In this document: piece after piece, positions 61,628 through 64,000 of the stretch
How the letters are laid out: the number at the start of each line of letters is the position of its first letter
Position numbering within the stretch: the first letter of the stretch is position 1
Assembly: GCA_002727195.1 (NCBI GenBank)
Contig: PBWH01000005.1
Location: forward strand, 529,285-593,284
Direction of reading: 5' to 3'
Length of the DNA: 64,000 nucleotides
From: Gemmatimonadota bacterium
GTDB lineage: Bacteria > Latescibacterota > UBA2968
The notes under the pieces: model-generated
Told to the model about the DNA's origin: nothing
The model's database searches: none
What the model saw: only the letters and a program-made list of their open reading frames with translations
Translations under genes and position numbers: made by a program

Positions 61628-64000
61628 ATGGCAGACGAAGAGAAGAAAGCGCAGCAGAATGATTGGAGTCACGTCGTACTCGGCGTCGCTTCAGGCGTCA
61701 TAATCGCACTGTTCTCTCTGACCCATTTTTACCAGGACCTCGAGTCCAGCAGCTACGATTTCCGTTTCCTCAAGCGGAACGACTGGCTTGGCATACCTCG
61801 GCAAATGCCCGAGGTCGCGACTGTCGACATCGATGACGCCGCCCTTCAGGAGCACGGGTGGCCGATGACCCGCGACAAGCACGCACGGCTGGTGGAGACC
61901 ATCCATCGGTATGGCGCCCGCATGATCGGCTTCGATATCTTCTTCTATGAACCAGCAGGCCAGGATCTCTCACCTGACGACCTCGAGTCGATAGAAGGCG
62001 AACAACTCGCGCGGTCCGACCTCCTCTCTCTCGTGAAGGACTATGATCGGGAGTTCGTGGAGGCCGCCGAGCAGACCGGGATTGTCTACAACGCGCAAAC
62101 CTTCGAGATCGCTGAGGACAAGACCCTGGACTTCACGCAGGAGAACCTGAGATCTCGGAGCCCGGAGAAGGACGCGGCGGTTACCGAGCTGTCCCGTTTC
62201 TCGGTACCTATGGATCCTTCCCGAGCGGAACGGTTCTACCTGGCCACAGATATAGAGGTGCCGCTCAGTGAGTATATCCGAACCTCGCGCGGGATCGGGT
62301 TCGCGCTGCCTAAGCCAGACCACGACGGGATCGTCCGCCGGTATCGTCTGGCCCTCTACTATGACGGTCGGGTGTATTTCTCGCTAGGCCTAGCCATGGC
62401 CTGCGACTACCTGAACGTTCCCCTCGAACACGTGCGGTTCGAGGAAGGCTACATTGGTCTCCCCAACGCGAAGGTCGACGGACAGACCATCCGGGAGATC
62501 CGAATCCCGACCAAGGGCAAGTACGAGATGCTCGTCAACTGGGCAGGCTCGTTCAACGGCACCTACAGGCACTTCCCATACAACCTGATTCTGGACTTTG
62601 CCGAGACGGAGCCCCAGAATCGGGCGCTCAAGTTTGCCAAACGGATCTTTCACGAGGACGAGGCGCTGTTCGGGGATGACGACGGCTACCTGAAGGCGAC
62701 AGCTGACAACGGTCTCGCAGATATCAGCCCCGATGTGCTGATGGAGTACCGGATGGCCGTTATGGATTGTTCTGCGATCGAGGCCTGGCTGTCCGAAGAC
62801 GCATCCAGACCAATCGAGGATTTCCTCAGGGCAATGGGCGTCCCGGACGAAGAGCTGGCCTACGGGAAGGAGCTGATGGGCCCGCTGTTCCAAGAGGTCC
62901 AGCAGAACGTGCGGATCGCGTCGGTGCTCGAGGCCAGCCCCGACATGCCGACCGCCGACGTGGCATCACACGTCGGCGCACGGATCGCTGACATTGACCA
63001 CAATGTCGGTGTCATCCGCTCGCTCGTGAAGGGCGGGGGAATCCAGGCACACCATCGTCCGCTGTACTTCCTAGACCGGGTCAAAACGGAGGGCATCCTT
63101 GGTGAGAGCGCGGACGCTAGGGTCATGAGCCGAGAAGAGTTCGAGGGAACGGTCTTCTTCTACGGGCTCACGGCAACGGGCACACACGACCTGAACCCAA
63201 CACCCTTTGGTGCACGAGAAGCGATGCTCGGTGCGCACGTTAACGTGTTCAACACGATCCTGACGCGGAACTTCCTGGATAGGATCCCCTACTGGCAGAA
63301 CGCGACGATCATGGTTGTGCTTGGCCTTCTGATCGGTTTTCTCGTTCCCCGTTTCAAGGCAATGTCGGGGGCGCTCGTGGTGCTTGTTTTGCTCAGTCTC
63401 TATGTCGTGGCAGCCTTCGTCTTGTTCCTCAACCTCGAGCTGTGGGTGGATATCTTGGGACCGGTCACAACGTTGACCGTCGGTTACCTGACCATCACGC
63501 TGTATAACTACGTACAGAAAGAAAAGGAGAAGGACTTCGTTCAGGGCGCCTTCGGCCACTATCTGGATCCGAAGGTCGTGGACCAGCTGGTGGAAAACCC
63601 GAACCTCGTCACCCAGTTGGGCGGCGATCAACGGGTCATGACTGTCTTCTTCTCGGATATCGCGAGCTTCTCGACCATATCGGAGAACATCACTGCCGTG
63701 GAACTCGTCGAGTTGCTGAACGAGTATCTCACAGAGATGTGCGAGATCATTGCCATTCACGATGGCACGATCGACAAGTTTGAGGGCGACGCCATTATGG
63801 CGTTCTGGGGAGCGCCGGTACCAATGCACGATCACGCCCAGGCTGCGGTCTTCGCCTGTATCGACATGCAGCAGAAGTGTCGGGAGCTCCGGGAGAAGTT
63901 CGAGCGCGAGAACCGAATGGTGGAGTTGCGTCAGATGTGGGCCGACCAGGGGCGGGGCGAGTTCCTCAGGGTTCGGATGGGTGCGAACACAGGGGAGATG
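61628..64000 (+). CDS. CHASE2-sensor, membrane-anchored class III adenylate/guanylate cyclase (3' end outside window)
   Basis: Open frame from the ATG at 61628 to the window edge, absent from the track because it has no stop. It has an N-terminal TM and a CHASE2-like region (VATVDIDDAALQEHGWPMTRDKHARLVETI..GFDIFF, DHDGIVRRY). TM helices follow, then the cyclase core (RVMTVFFSDIASFSTISE, KFEGDAIMAFWGAP). Confidence 0.8.
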   Translation, partial: MADEEKKAQQNDWSHVVLGVASGVIIALFSLTHFYQDLESSSYDFRFLKRNDWLGIPRQMPEVATVDIDDAALQEHGWPMTRDKHARLVETIHRYGARMIGFDIFFYEPAGQDLSPDDLESIEGEQLARSDLLSLVKDYDREFVEAAEQTGIVYNAQTFEIAEDKTLDFTQENLRSRSPEKDAAVTELSRFSVPMDPSRAERFYLATDIEVPLSEYIRTSRGIGFALPKPDHDGIVRRYRLALYYDGRVYFSLGLAMACDYLNVPLEHVRFEEGYIGLPNAKVDGQTIREIRIPTKGKYEMLVNWAGSFNGTYRHFPYNLILDFAETEPQNRALKFAKRIFHEDEALFGDDDGYLKATADNGLADISPDVLMEYRMAVMDCSAIEAWLSEDASRPIEDFLRAMGVPDEELAYGKELMGPLFQEVQQNVRIASVLEASPDMPTADVASHVGARIADIDHNVGVIRSLVKGGGIQAHHRPLYFLDRVKTEGILGESADARVMSREEFEGTVFFYGLTATGTHDLNPTPFGAREAMLGAHVNVFNTILTRNFLDRIPYWQNATIMVVLGLLIGFLVPRFKAMSGALVVLVLLSLYVVAAFVLFLNLELWVDILGPVTTLTVGYLTITLYNYVQKEKEKDFVQGAFGHYLDPKVVDQLVENPNLVTQLGGDQRVMTVFFSDIASFSTISENITAVELVELLNEYLTEMCEIIAIHDGTIDKFEGDAIMAFWGAPVPMHDHAQAAVFACIDMQQKCRELREKFERENRMVELRQMWADQGRGEFLRVRMGANTGEM

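Noticed and set aside
1-64000. tRNA, rRNA, riboswitch (Moco or TPP) or other known ncRNA genes.
   Set aside because: I scanned the intergenic regions by eye and found no T-loop (GTTCGAATC-like) or acceptor-stem patterns. I also found no leader long enough upstream of moaD/moaE, which are internal to an operon. This cannot be excluded without Infernal or tRNAscan.

Overview
GC-rich bacterial chromosomal DNA with no rRNA, tRNA, CRISPR or recognisable mobile element. The lineage is unknown. Two large secreted proteins end in T9SS-type or FlgD-Ig-like C-terminal domains, which suggests an FCB-superphylum-like organism, but this is inference only. The window has three parts. (1) 1-28 kb holds a HigB/HigA pair and accessory metabolism: a DegT aminotransferase, an ABC exporter pair, and a uronate/rhamnonate/sulfatase cluster with oligogalacturonide lyase, two L-rhamnonate-dehydratase-like paralogs and a sulfatase, plus polA. 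Nine or more visibly decayed genes (frameshifts, in-frame stops, internal deletions) sit among intact neighbours here. (2) 28-43 kb is a long, mostly minus-strand and often translationally coupled string of housekeeping genes: def, moaD/moaE, a PHP phosphatase, LarE-like, AlkA-like, MFS, AKR, GNAT and a HEAT-THUMP RNA methyltransferase. (3) 43-61 kb is the most interesting region, a compact cell-surface locus. It encodes a ParA/MinD-type ATPase, a GT9 glycosyltransferase, and a ~2043-aa protein with cohesin-like modules, ten tandem Fn3-like modules, a dockerin-like segment, a further cohesin-like module and a T9SS-type CTD. These are followed by a 1353-aa protein with two seven-bladed FG-GAP propellers, a seven-bladed CRTAC1/ASPIC-like protein, and a 1039-aa fusion of an outer-membrane beta-barrel (PorV/PorQ-like by motif), a transglutaminase-like core and three TPR super-repeats. 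The window ends in a CHASE2 class III nucleotide cyclase that runs off the edge. All family calls come from motif recognition by eye, since no searches could be run. Many long ORFs in the track are antisense shadows of real genes and are not reported.
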